Of a stretch of 64,000 nucleotides of DNA, positions 1-8,862 are shown one piece after another (the first letter of the stretch is position 1; each line of letters starts with the position of its first letter). Where the stretch lies: contig CAVTUQ010000007.1 in the NCBI GenBank assembly GCA_963737905.1, forward strand, positions 128,001 through 192,000, written 5' to 3'. Under the pieces are notes generated by a model, which saw nothing but the letters and a program-made list of their open reading frames with translations, searched no databases and had not been told where the DNA came from. This DNA is from an uncultured delta proteobacterium. Lineage in GTDB: Bacteria; Desulfobacterota; Binatia; UBA9968. The translations under genes and the position numbers were made by a program.

Positions 1-88
1 CCCGATAGATCGACAGCAAACACCGACTGCGGATGTGCAAGTTCCGGTCTTTACAGAGATGAATCCGCCTGATTACGGTGCATTTCAG

Positions 89-427
89 CTAAGCGAAACG
101 GACCAATAGAATCAACGAGGCGATGGCCATGATCAATCCAGCGATTTCATAATAGTTGAGAGATTCTCGGAAGAACACAACACCTATGGCGGTCAGCAAC
201 AACACCATCGATACGGAATACACGACGCCAATGGTCGCCAGTTTTAAGTGCTTCATTACGAAGACCCAACCAAAAGCGGTCGAGGCGTAGAGAACAAATC
301 CGATATAAAAACTCATCGTCTTTAACGAATGTTCATTTGCGCTGGCAAGCTTGAGAAAATAATCACCCACGACGCCCAATAGACTGAACGCGATCGTGAC
401 AATAACAGCGAGTAAGTTTTTTTCCAT
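89..427 (-). CDS. SMR/DMT-family small multidrug-type membrane transporter
   Basis: About 112 aa with four hydrophobic helices, GDYFLK and YSVSMVLLLTAIGVVFFRESL patterns. Start placed at ATG 427 (MEKNLL). Confidence 0.75.
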   Translation of the reverse strand: MEKNLLAVIVTIAFSLLGVVGDYFLKLASANEHSLKTMSFYIGFVLYASTAFGWVFVMKHLKLATIGVVYSVSMVLLLTAIGVVFFRESLNYYEIAGLIMAIASLILLVRFA

Positions 428-783
428 CGGCAATCTGTAGCTTCTCAATCCGAGGTATATCAAACGTTGGTTCTGTCACGCCGGCCAAGGGATTTGGCTC
501 ATCGGTGTGGATGCGTCCCGAGCCGCAAAATCGGTGAGCTTGAGAACATTTTTTCGAGGGTAGGTGACACGACCGAAAGTCGTGCGAGTTTTTCATCTCG
601 GATCCCCTTTCTTGTTGACCTTTGCCGTCTATTACACTGGCCCTCAGCTGTCAATCTGAACCTAATTTTGTCCGCACGGGAATGCCGGAGAGTTTCTTTC
701 TCTTGACTACGCGCTTCGATTTCCATTATTGGTACGGCGACCGGTCAAAGCAGCAGCTAAACGTGGAAAGGAGCGCAGTAGAA

Positions 784-1197
784 ATGGCTGAACTAACGCT
801 TGAAATGGCAGAGAAGGCGGTCAAGGCGGCGCAGGCGAAGGCACGGGAGCTAGGAACCCCGATGACGGCCACTGTGGTCGATGATGCGGGTCGCTTGGTC
901 TTGTCCGCTCGCGGTGATGGCACCGGATTTTTTACTCCTGAAACTTCGCGTGGGAAAGCTGTTGCCGCGGCGGCGTTTAAGCGCCCGACCAAAGACATGG
1001 CGCAACTCAGAGAATCGTCGCCGGCTTTTTGGGGTAATGTGACTACGGTCCTGGGTGGGGAGGCTCTTCCAAGCATTGGAGGCGTCCCGGTTGTCTCAGG
1101 TGGAAAACTGATCGGAGCTGTCGGTTGTGGTGGTGGCACGGGCGAACAGGATCACCAGTGTGCCGAAGCTGGAGCGGCGGCGATCAGCAGCAAGTAG
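784..1197 (+). CDS. GlcG/HbpS-family haem-binding protein (DUF336)
   Basis: VVDDAG, GKA, GGVPV and IGAVGCGGGTGEQD motifs. GGAAAGGAG RBS-like sequence upstream of ATG 784. Confidence 0.85.
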   Translation: MAELTLEMAEKAVKAAQAKARELGTPMTATVVDDAGRLVLSARGDGTGFFTPETSRGKAVAAAAFKRPTKDMAQLRESSPAFWGNVTTVLGGEALPSIGGVPVVSGGKLIGAVGCGGGTGEQDHQCAEAGAAAISSK

Positions 1198-1311
1198 CGT
1201 CCGCTCAAACGGGAACACACTCGGCTTTCCGCACGTTCTTTCTCCAACACGATCACGAGCCACGAATACGGCTTTCCTCACCGTTCCCGACCTTTCGCAA
1301 AGTCTGGCTTT

Positions 1312-1470
1312 CTATTTCGGCTCGGTTAGGAAATAGGTGCGATGACCGAGGCTGCATTCATAGGTCGCTAAGGCGTATCTCGCTATTTTTTTGTCTTCGA
1401 GATCGACCAGGGTCAGCGGGAGGCCGCACTCTTTACCGTCAACAAACACTGGGCACCTCTTGTCTTCCAT
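1312..1470 (-). CDS. Putative 52-aa zinc-ribbon-like microprotein (not in ORF track)
   Basis: Translated by hand: MEDKRCPVFVDGKECGLPLTLVDLEDKKIARYALATYECSLGHRTYFLTEPK. C-x8-C and C-x3-H pairs, GGGGG upstream of the ATG. Confidence 0.6.
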   Translation of the reverse strand: MEDKRCPVFVDGKECGLPLTLVDLEDKKIARYALATYECSLGHRTYFLTEPK

Positions 1471-1612
1471 GGGTCGTACCCCCATCGTGTCAGTTGTCAG
1501 CTGCTGGTTTTATTGTCGCGCCCGAAATGCGGTCGGTCAACGAGGTTGGAAAAGAAATATGCTCGCGAGAGGCCGAGCGGAACCGCCTTTAATCGACACA
1601 AACCGCCATGGC

Positions 1613-1750
1613 TTATCGAGGGGCAATTTCTTCCTTAACTTTCATGCCGTGACGCGCAGCGAACTGGCGCTGCAGCGCGTCCATACACTTTCTGAGAAGG
1701 TCTTTAACTGAATCGCGGATGTCTTTAAGTCTCGGAGAGGAGAATTGGAG
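1613..1750 (-). other. Short open frame resembling the 3594-3728 helical microprotein (degenerate or truncated paralog)
   Basis: Frame reads ...DLLRKCMDALQRQFAARHGMKVKEEIAPR*. 10 of 24 positions identical to LEKRLDELAREFAKTHDKEVEAEL. First in-frame ATG is at 1684. Confidence 0.4.
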
Positions 1751-1923
1751 TCACGCCTGATATATAATATTTGCGCGGCAGGATCTTCTGTTCGTGGGAG
1801 GAGGCAGGGGATGATCGGGCTTTGCATAGAAATAAACGGGAAGATCGGAGAAAATAGGGAACGTCCGTAAACATGGTCGTGTTCGGGCATTAGCGCTGAA
1901 AGTAATAAGGTTAGGCAAGTCTG

Positions 1924-1943
1924 ACATGAGTAAACATGAGTAA
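1924..1943. repeat. Perfect 10-bp tandem repeat (ACATGAGTAA x2) upstream of the FmdB-family gene
   Basis: Read directly. A partial third copy (GTAAACATGG) lies at 1867-1876. Confidence 0.8.
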
Positions 1944-1963
1944 GCAGACAGGAGGAATTGAAC

Positions 1964-2299
1964 ATGCCGATCTACGAATACCTGTGTCTCAATTGTAACA
2001 AGCCCTTTTCGTTTCTCGTGGGGGTCGTGGCCGACTCGGGAGAGCCCCAGTGTGCGCGCTGCGGCGGAAAGAAACTTCGCAAGCTCATTTCTCGAGTAGC
2101 GCGGGTGCGCTCTAAGGAATCATCTCTCGAAGACCTTGCCGATCCGAGCAAATTGGGCGACATGGACGATCCAAAGGCGATGGCCCGCTGGGCCAAAGAG
2201 ATGGGAAAAAGCATGGCCGACGAAACCGGGGAGGAACTCCCCGAAGATTTCGATGAGATGATGGAGAACGGGCTGAAAGGAGAAGCGGACGAGGAATGA
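1964..2299 (+). CDS. FmdB-family zinc-ribbon protein
   Basis: MPIYEYLCLNC...CARCGG signature, acidic tail, GGAGG RBS. Confidence 0.9.
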   Translation: MPIYEYLCLNCNKPFSFLVGVVADSGEPQCARCGGKKLRKLISRVARVRSKESSLEDLADPSKLGDMDDPKAMARWAKEMGKSMADETGEELPEDFDEMMENGLKGEADEE

Positions 2300-2483
2300 G
2301 AACCACGACCGCGGGCGCAATGACCGCCCGCTTTCTTTGCCCACAAGCCAGCTCGCTTATCACGTTTTCGCAATGGCGAGAACAAGAAAAAAACCGGTGC
2401 CTTGCCGGAACCTTTTTTATTGACTCGTAACGACCTGAGTGTTAACCGGGGCGTATCGCCGTCAGGGTGTCGAAGGAGGACCT

Positions 2484-3488
2484 ATGACCGCAAAGAAACG
2501 TTGGATCGTTGTCAATCTCATCATTGGCTGGATTGCTCATGCGTCCCCGGCGCTGGCCGCGGCTCAGCTCGAGACCGTCACCGTCGGCTTCTCGTCATTC
2601 TCAGGTTTCTACGGACCCCTATGGCTCGCGGTAGAAGATGGGTTAGGCAAAAAGTATGGGCTCGATCTCAAGGCCATTTACGCCGGCAGGGTGCGACCGC
2701 AGCAACTGCTGGCTAGCGGGGAGGTACCCCTAGTCATAGCTTCGGGAAGCGGCGCTGTGACCTCCCACGTCCTCGGAGTCAAGGACCAGGTCATCGTTGC
2801 ATTGATGTCGAATAAAGTCGGCGGAGGAATTTTCGCCAAGACTGAAATCAAAAAGCCCGAAGATCTGAAGGGCAAGCTTATGGCCACGGGGCGGCCCGGG
2901 GCTCTCAACGACATTATGACGCGTCACGTGCTAACGCGTAAATGGGAGCTCGTACCTGATCGAGATGTCAAGCTCATGCCGGTTGGAGAGCCGGCTCTCA
3001 TGCTCCAGGCTTTGGAGCGAGGAGTGGTGGACGCGAGTTCGTTGACGATTCCGGCCATGTTCGTGGCCAGGAACAGAGGGTTTCGAGAACTGGTCAATTA
3101 CGACAAACTCGGATTGACGTATCCGATGCACGCGGTAACAACGCTCAGATCGACCGTGACCAAGAATCCGCAGCTGATAGAGAAGGTTTTAAAATCCCTC
3201 ATCGAAGCGATTTCTGTTTTTAAAACCAACAAGGAGAAGAGCTTCGCTGTCTGGCGGAAATACATGAGGGGAGCGAGCGAAGAATTTTTGGAGGAAACCT
3301 ATCAATACACCAGTGCCGGGTTGGAAGCGGTCCCGACGCCGTCGGTGGAAGTCATCAAGAGCGCTTTGGACATTGTTTCGGCTCAGTACCCCCAAGCGAA
3401 ACAGACCGATCCGAATCTAATTGTCGATCCGTTCTTTGTCAACCAGATCGAACAGAGCGGTTTCATTGCCACGCTCTACAGAAAATAA
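2484..3488 (+). CDS. ABC transporter substrate-binding protein, NMT1/THI5/SsuA-like (orphan)
   Basis: Signal peptide, IKKPEDLKGK and LQALERGVVDA motifs. GGAGGA RBS before ATG 2484. Confidence 0.85.
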   Translation: MTAKKRWIVVNLIIGWIAHASPALAAAQLETVTVGFSSFSGFYGPLWLAVEDGLGKKYGLDLKAIYAGRVRPQQLLASGEVPLVIASGSGAVTSHVLGVKDQVIVALMSNKVGGGIFAKTEIKKPEDLKGKLMATGRPGALNDIMTRHVLTRKWELVPDRDVKLMPVGEPALMLQALERGVVDASSLTIPAMFVARNRGFRELVNYDKLGLTYPMHAVTTLRSTVTKNPQLIEKVLKSLIEAISVFKTNKEKSFAVWRKYMRGASEEFLEETYQYTSAGLEAVPTPSVEVIKSALDIVSAQYPQAKQTDPNLIVDPFFVNQIEQSGFIATLYRK

Positions 3489-3593
3489 ACGCGGCTTGCC
3501 GCTGCAGAGTGTGAGGAGCGTAAAACGAGGATCGATGCTGCCGATGAGGATCAAGTCAGAGTGTCAGAAATATGACAGTGTGACGACAGCGAC

Positions 3594-3728
3594 CTAAATC
3601 AGTCGGCTCTTCATTGCGGCAACACGCCCTCTCAATGCTTCGAGCTCCGCTTCAACTTCCTTGTCATGAGTCTTTGCGAACTCACGAGCTAATTCATCCA
3701 AGCGTTTTTCGAGTTCTTCGGTAGTCAT
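3594..3728 (-). CDS. 44-aa helical/coiled-coil microprotein (not in ORF track)
   Basis: Translated by hand: MTTEELEKRLDELAREFAKTHDKEVEAELEALRGRVAAMKSRLI. Strong amphipathic heptad pattern. Confidence 0.65.
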   Translation of the reverse strand: MTTEELEKRLDELAREFAKTHDKEVEAELEALRGRVAAMKSRLI

Positions 3729-4003
3729 TGTGGGTGGCGTAGTATGTTCCCGTCCAGCGCTAATAACAAGAGGGAGGGACTGAGCGCGTGAATCCGGGCC
3801 TCGTACTTACTTCCTATCCTGTCAGAGATCGACACGGTCATATCGAAGAACTACGTTTCGTGCAAAGAAACGGCCAAGGCTTTGAATCTGCGGTACAGCG
3901 CGTGTGCCGAGGCAGCTGTAGTCACCCACAAGATCGAAGAACCGGGCGGGACAGTCTTCTATCAGTCGGGTTCTTTAATTGCTCTTATTGGCAGCTACAG
4001 CGA

Positions 4004-4084
4004 TCACCGATGCGAGCTCCCCAAAAATATGACGAATCCAACAGAGGCAACGGCCAGAGCTGCAATGACGATTAAATCTACCAT
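4004..4084 (-). CDS. Possible 26-aa single-transmembrane peptide
   Basis: MVDLIVIAALAVASVGFVIFLGSSHR*. No clear RBS. Confidence 0.3.
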   Translation of the reverse strand: MVDLIVIAALAVASVGFVIFLGSSHR

Positions 4085-4185
4085 CGGCGTGGCTTTAATC
4101 ACACAAAGGTACCCTTGTCAACGGGGGTGCAATGACTGACGCGTTGGGGGGGCTTGGGGTTAGGCCTGAGTTGGTACTCTATTAG

Positions 4186-4815
4186 CTATGATGTCGAAAC
4201 GTTCTGCTCGCTCTCGACAGTTTTTCGCACCGTCGGCCGCTTCATCATACGGTCCTGCCATGCCGTGTAGGCGCCGAGTTCCTTCATGGGAAATCCGCCA
4301 CGCGCCCCCCAGCCATAGAAAACCAGCGCGTAAGGGTCGACGAGCGTGTACTCACTGCCCATGATCCAGTCGTTTCCTTGCAACATGGAGTCGATTTCCT
4401 GGCAATTGGCCCAGAACGATTTTCGACCCGTTTCCCTTACCGCGGATTGCGCCGCTTCGCCTTCGGCAAAACGTTCGGGCCGATGGGAGCGCTGGTACGA
4501 GGGATGCACGATACTGGAGAACCAACACATGGTCCCGATGCAGCGTGCCTCCTCGGCCGGATCGGCCGGCATCAGTTTTTTTTCCGGAAATCGCCTTGCG
4601 AGGTAAGTGAGTATCGCCGTGTTCTCGACAAGGATCTTGTCGTCGACGCTGAGCGCCGGTACTTTACCGCGCGGGTTGATCTTCAGATAAGCCTCGGTCC
4701 TCTGCTGCTGCTTGGCAAGCAGGATCGGCTTCGCCTCGTAAGGTGCGCCGGTTTCTTCGAGACCGATATGAGAGGCCAAAGAACAAGCGCCGGGACTGAA
4801 ATAGAGCGTCAGCAT
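4186..4815 (-). CDS. Glutathione S-transferase (beta-class-like)
   Basis: YFSPGACSLASHI, INPRGKVPAL, ENTAILTYL, YTLVDPY motifs. AAGGAG RBS. Confidence 0.92.
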   Translation of the reverse strand: MLTLYFSPGACSLASHIGLEETGAPYEAKPILLAKQQQRTEAYLKINPRGKVPALSVDDKILVENTAILTYLARRFPEKKLMPADPAEEARCIGTMCWFSSIVHPSYQRSHRPERFAEGEAAQSAVRETGRKSFWANCQEIDSMLQGNDWIMGSEYTLVDPYALVFYGWGARGGFPMKELGAYTAWQDRMMKRPTVRKTVESEQNVSTS

Positions 4816-5244
4816 GGGAACAACTCCTTACTTGTCGAATTGAATTGGAGCGCGCCCATGGGCGTATGACCCGGGCGTCGCTTCCGTTTGTGGAGGAGAC
4901 TATGCGCTAACGAGCCACTATGTCAACCCGACGTCGAAGATTGGGTTAGAGTGTTTGAGAGTATTGCGATCGTACGCGGTAGTACGATAGTTCTCTCCTC
5001 ATGCCAAGGATCCGCGCGGGCTGGCTAACATGTGCCATAAAACTCACGACTGCCGATCGTTTGTCTTTGCGGCGGGAGTTTTTTCGTCTCCACCAGGATG
5101 ACCAGCGTCCGACTTCAAACCATCACCCAAACTACGAATAGCTTGACACAACGAGCGGTCATTGACTACGCTCTGTCTTGACTTGGATATTTGCGGACTC
5201 CGCCAGATGAGCGGCGAAGCCGCGGAGAAGGGAGAGAGTGCGAA

Positions 5245-6267
5245 ATGTCACATCTATACGTGGCGACCAACGGGCTCTCGGTGTGGAGCAGCAGGGACCT
5301 GGGCGAGACGCTGTCGCGTATGTCGACCGGCACGGGGATGTACAGCGGCAGCCAGGTCTGGGCTCTGGCGCGCCATCCGTCGCAACCGCACACGCTTCTC
5401 GCCGGCACGAATACCGGGATCTACCGGTTGAACCAAGACGAAAATGACTGGACCCATATGCCGTCGCCGATGGACGATGTGATGCTGGTTACCGCGCTGG
5501 CCTACGCGCCGGACAACCCCAACGTCATCCTGGCCGGGACGCAGCCTGCGGGGCTCTACCGCTCCGAAGACGCGGGCAAGAGCTGGCAAAACCTGGGCGT
5601 GCCGATGAAGCCCTATGCCCTGACCGGTTACTATCTAGGTGACAACCCATTTCCCGAGGGCCACCCAGGCGCTTACGGCCGGAAGCACTGGACAAGGGTG
5701 ACGCAGATCGTGTTTGACCCTGCAGATTCCTCGTTTGTCTGGGCCGGAGTGGAAATCGACGGCGCGTGGCGGAGCATCGACGGCGGCGAACGATGGGAAA
5801 GGAGCGACCAGGGAATGAAGTCGCAGGATATTCACGGCTTTCTCGTGGTGCGCAACGGCAGGCGAGTTCTTTTCGCGACCACGGACGCCGGCCTCCATGT
5901 CAGCCACGACGACGGGGCGAACTGGACGATGCGCTCGATCGATTCGCAGTGGCAATACACCCGCTCCATCGCCGAGCGTCCGGACGCGACCGGCGTCATG
6001 TTCATGACTAACGGCAACGGCCCGCCGGGCACTGCCGGCCGGCTGTTCCGCAGCCACAATTACGGCGTCGACTGGGAGGATGCGGGGTTGCCCGGCGAGG
6101 TCGAAAGCTCGGCGTATTTTCTGGCCGTCAACCCGGCGGACCCGAAGCTCATCTACGCCGCTGCAACGCTCGGCCAGATCTACCGCAGCACGGACGGCGG
6201 CGAGAGTTGGACGGCCTTGAAGCGCCGGCTCGGCGAAATCCGCGCCCTTGCGTGGTTGCCCGACTGA
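5245..6267 (+). CDS. BNR/Asp-box repeat beta-propeller protein, no signal peptide
   Basis: Repeated S-x-D-x-G-x-x-W boxes (SEDAGKSW, SIDGGERW, SHDDGANW, STDGGESW). Confidence 0.85.
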   Translation: MSHLYVATNGLSVWSSRDLGETLSRMSTGTGMYSGSQVWALARHPSQPHTLLAGTNTGIYRLNQDENDWTHMPSPMDDVMLVTALAYAPDNPNVILAGTQPAGLYRSEDAGKSWQNLGVPMKPYALTGYYLGDNPFPEGHPGAYGRKHWTRVTQIVFDPADSSFVWAGVEIDGAWRSIDGGERWERSDQGMKSQDIHGFLVVRNGRRVLFATTDAGLHVSHDDGANWTMRSIDSQWQYTRSIAERPDATGVMFMTNGNGPPGTAGRLFRSHNYGVDWEDAGLPGEVESSAYFLAVNPADPKLIYAAATLGQIYRSTDGGESWTALKRRLGEIRALAWLPD

Positions 6268-6288
6268 TGGGGCTGAAGCTTGGCGGAA

Positions 6289-6475
6289 CAAATCCGAAAT
6301 CCGAGATCGAGATGTTTGGGATTAAAAGATAAATCGGAAAAACCGTGTCTCGCGCAAAGACGCAAAGTACGCCAAGTATTAACAAACCTGCAAAATTCGC
6401 AACTCGAAATCCGAAACGACTTCAAATCGCCAAAAATCAGAAAGCTGCAAACAAGCTCGTTTTGGATTTCGCAAT
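6289..6475. repeat. Intergenic short-repeat and inverted-repeat element (REP/MITE-like)
   Basis: AAATCCG heptamer repeats, CGCAAAGAC-GCAAAGTAC-GCCAAG run, 15-bp inverted repeat 6405-6419/6457-6471 with 1 mismatch. Confidence 0.55.
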
Positions 6476-6537
6476 ATTTGTGGATAGCTTTGACCTTCAA
6501 GATCGTTCTCAAGATTACTTAACGTTATCATAACGCG

Positions 6538-7527
6538 ATGAGTGAGAGATGGCAGGTTAAGAAGGCCGGTCCCAGCCTGGCCATCGAAGAGATGATCGCG
6601 CGCATGCTCGGGCCCGAGTTCGTGATCGAGGAGTTCGCTCCGGGGCAGTCGCTTGCGCAACAGGTGGATAAGGCGCACGTGCTCTTGGTCCGAAGCCTGC
6701 CGGTAACGCGAGAAGTGATCGACGCAGCGCCGCTCCTGCGTTTGATTCAGCGGCCGGGCGTGCATTTAGAGGCGGTCGATATCGGATGTGCTAGCGCGAG
6801 AGGAATTCCCGTGTGCAACGTGCCGGCGGGACTGACCCACGGCGGTGAGGACGTCGCAGAACATGTTATGTTCCTGGCGTTGGCCCTGGCCAAGAGATAT
6901 CGAGAAGCGGTGATCTCGCTCGGCGCACGGCGCATCGGGATACCCAGTACCCAGGTTCTCCGGGGAAAAATCTTTGGCCTGGTCGGGTTCGGGCGAACCG
7001 GAAGCGCCGTGGTTGGAATGGCCCGCGGGTTTGGAATGCGAGTCTGGGCGGTTAAGCGTACCGTGAGCGAGGGGATGCGTCAGGCGATGGGGCTGGAGTG
7101 GTTGAAGACTCACGACCATCTTCCCGAACTGTTACGGGAGAGCGATTTCGTCTCCCTCCATGTGCCGCTTAACAAAGAGACCGAAGGGTTGATCGGGCCG
7201 GCTGAGATCGCTCTGATGAAGCCTGGCGCTTTTCTCATCAACGTTGCGCGCGGCCGCGTCGTAGATCGCGCAGCGCTACTTGCGGCGCTCCGTGAGCAGC
7301 GGCTGGCCGGAGCCGGACTGGACGTCTATTGGAATGAGCCGGTCGATCCGAACGATGCGTTGCTGGCGCTGCCAAACGTGATCGCCACACCCCACGTCGC
7401 TAATATGACCGTGGAAACCATAGAGACGATCGCAAGGGAATCGGCAGACAATATCCGGCGGGTGCAGGCGGGACTGCCCCCGATGCATCAAATTCTGAAC
7501 TCTTCTCACGTTAGCAATTCGTCCTAA
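6538..7527 (+). CDS. D-isomer-specific 2-hydroxyacid dehydrogenase
   Basis: GLVGFGRTG Rossmann motif, SDFVSLHVPL, INVARG, AGLDVY..EP, TPHVA. Confidence 0.93.
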   Translation: MSERWQVKKAGPSLAIEEMIARMLGPEFVIEEFAPGQSLAQQVDKAHVLLVRSLPVTREVIDAAPLLRLIQRPGVHLEAVDIGCASARGIPVCNVPAGLTHGGEDVAEHVMFLALALAKRYREAVISLGARRIGIPSTQVLRGKIFGLVGFGRTGSAVVGMARGFGMRVWAVKRTVSEGMRQAMGLEWLKTHDHLPELLRESDFVSLHVPLNKETEGLIGPAEIALMKPGAFLINVARGRVVDRAALLAALREQRLAGAGLDVYWNEPVDPNDALLALPNVIATPHVANMTVETIETIARESADNIRRVQAGLPPMHQILNSSHVSNSS

Positions 7528-7563
7528 ATCTTTTTGCTCCGACCGTTCCTACAGGGAGGCGTC

Positions 7564-8538
7564 ATGATTCACACGCGCATTTGCGATCTGCTTGGTATCG
7601 TTTATCCGATTGTCTTAGGAGGCATGGGCACCGCCACCACGGCACCGCTGGTCGCGGCCGTATCCAACGCCGGCGGTTTTGGTACCCTTGGCACATCGGC
7701 ATTCAATGCCTCGACGCTGGAGCGCGAGGTCGCTTCGATCCGTGAGCGAACCGAAAAGCCTTTCGGCATCAATCATCTGTTGTTTCAGATCCAGGAGGAT
7801 ATGTTCGCGGTCACCTTGCGCGCTCGGCCGACGGTCGCCGCCTTTGCGTGGGCGCGCAAGGATCAGGATCTGCGCGAATATTTTCAGCGCGCTCATGATG
7901 CCGGCTGCAAAGTCATGTATATGGCCGGCGAAGTTCCTGAGGCTATTCGCGCGGCGGAAGCCGGGGCTGACGTCATCGTGGCGCAAGGCACGGAAGCTGG
8001 AGGCCATGTGGGTTGGATGGCGTCGTTGCCGCTGGTGCCAATGATGGTGAAAGCCGTGTCGCCGCTGCCGGTGCTCTCCGCGGGCGGTATCGCCGATGGC
8101 CGCGGCCTTGCGGCGGCGTTGGCTCTCGGTGCTGAAGGGGTGTTGCTCGGCACCCGTTTCATGGCCACGCCGGAAGCGCCGATTCATCCGAACTTCAAGC
8201 AAGCGATCGTTAAAAGCGACGGTCACGATACGGTGCTGACGGAGATTCCCGATCTCGCCACGCAACGCGTCTGGCCGGGCGCAATGTCGCGGGCGCAGCG
8301 CAATCAATTTATCGAACGCTGGTCGGGGCGCGAATGGGCTTTGCGCCAAAACGCTCGCGAGGTTGGCAAACAGGCTTTGGCGGCCCGTGCCGCCGGCGAT
8401 GTCGACAACGCCTCGCTTTCGTTCGGTCAAGACGCCGGCTTGATCGATTCCATCAAAAGCGTCAGGGAAGTGGTCCAAGACATAGTTAAGGAGACGGAGG
8501 CAATCATCAGAAGTCGCCTGCCGAGTTTTTTGCCGTAA
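7564..8538 (+). CDS. Nitronate monooxygenase / FabK-like flavin oxidoreductase
   Basis: PIVLGGM, AVSNAGGFG, QGTEAGGH, AGGIADGRG, GTRFMAT. Confidence 0.9.
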   Translation: MIHTRICDLLGIVYPIVLGGMGTATTAPLVAAVSNAGGFGTLGTSAFNASTLEREVASIRERTEKPFGINHLLFQIQEDMFAVTLRARPTVAAFAWARKDQDLREYFQRAHDAGCKVMYMAGEVPEAIRAAEAGADVIVAQGTEAGGHVGWMASLPLVPMMVKAVSPLPVLSAGGIADGRGLAAALALGAEGVLLGTRFMATPEAPIHPNFKQAIVKSDGHDTVLTEIPDLATQRVWPGAMSRAQRNQFIERWSGREWALRQNAREVGKQALAARAAGDVDNASLSFGQDAGLIDSIKSVREVVQDIVKETEAIIRSRLPSFLP

Positions 8539-8862
8539 AGTCAAAGCAATGTGTGATTGCAAATTGCGCGATCGCAAAAATAACAAAATCGCCGCGACAT
8601 AGCTGCGGCATTGGTTTCGAATTCTGCGGCGCACATGAGGCGAGAGTCCAGCACGTCATTGCCTCTGGGAGCGTATAATTAACCCGCCTCGTAACGAGCG
8701 CAATCTTTCCTTCCAAAAAAAGCGAACTCGGTTTTGATAGCGTCAACCTAACTGCGGGATAGTGGTAGACAGATAGCAATATAAAAGACTATTTGTAAGT
8801 ATTTGGTGGTTTATTGCCTTTTGTTCTCAAAATAGCTAAAGAAGCGCTAGAGAGACGAGGTT

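Noticed and set aside
3788-4139. Plus-strand ORFs 3788-4075 and 3882-4139 behind an AGGGAGGG RBS-like sequence
   Set aside because: No recognisable motifs. It may be a frameshifted small gene but cannot be supported.
5001-5141. 46-aa plus-strand ORF between GST and the BNR gene
   Set aside because: No RBS, motif or compositional support.
6289-6475. CRISPR array or IS end
   Set aside because: No equal-length repeat/spacer units, and no cas or transposase gene in the window.
7615-8634. 339-aa minus-strand ORF
   Set aside because: Antisense shadow of the nitronate monooxygenase gene, with no motifs. Expected at this GC content.
8540-8862. Moco/Wco riboswitch or tRNA upstream of the tup regulator
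   Set aside because: Neither the conserved riboswitch elements nor a cloverleaf could be built.
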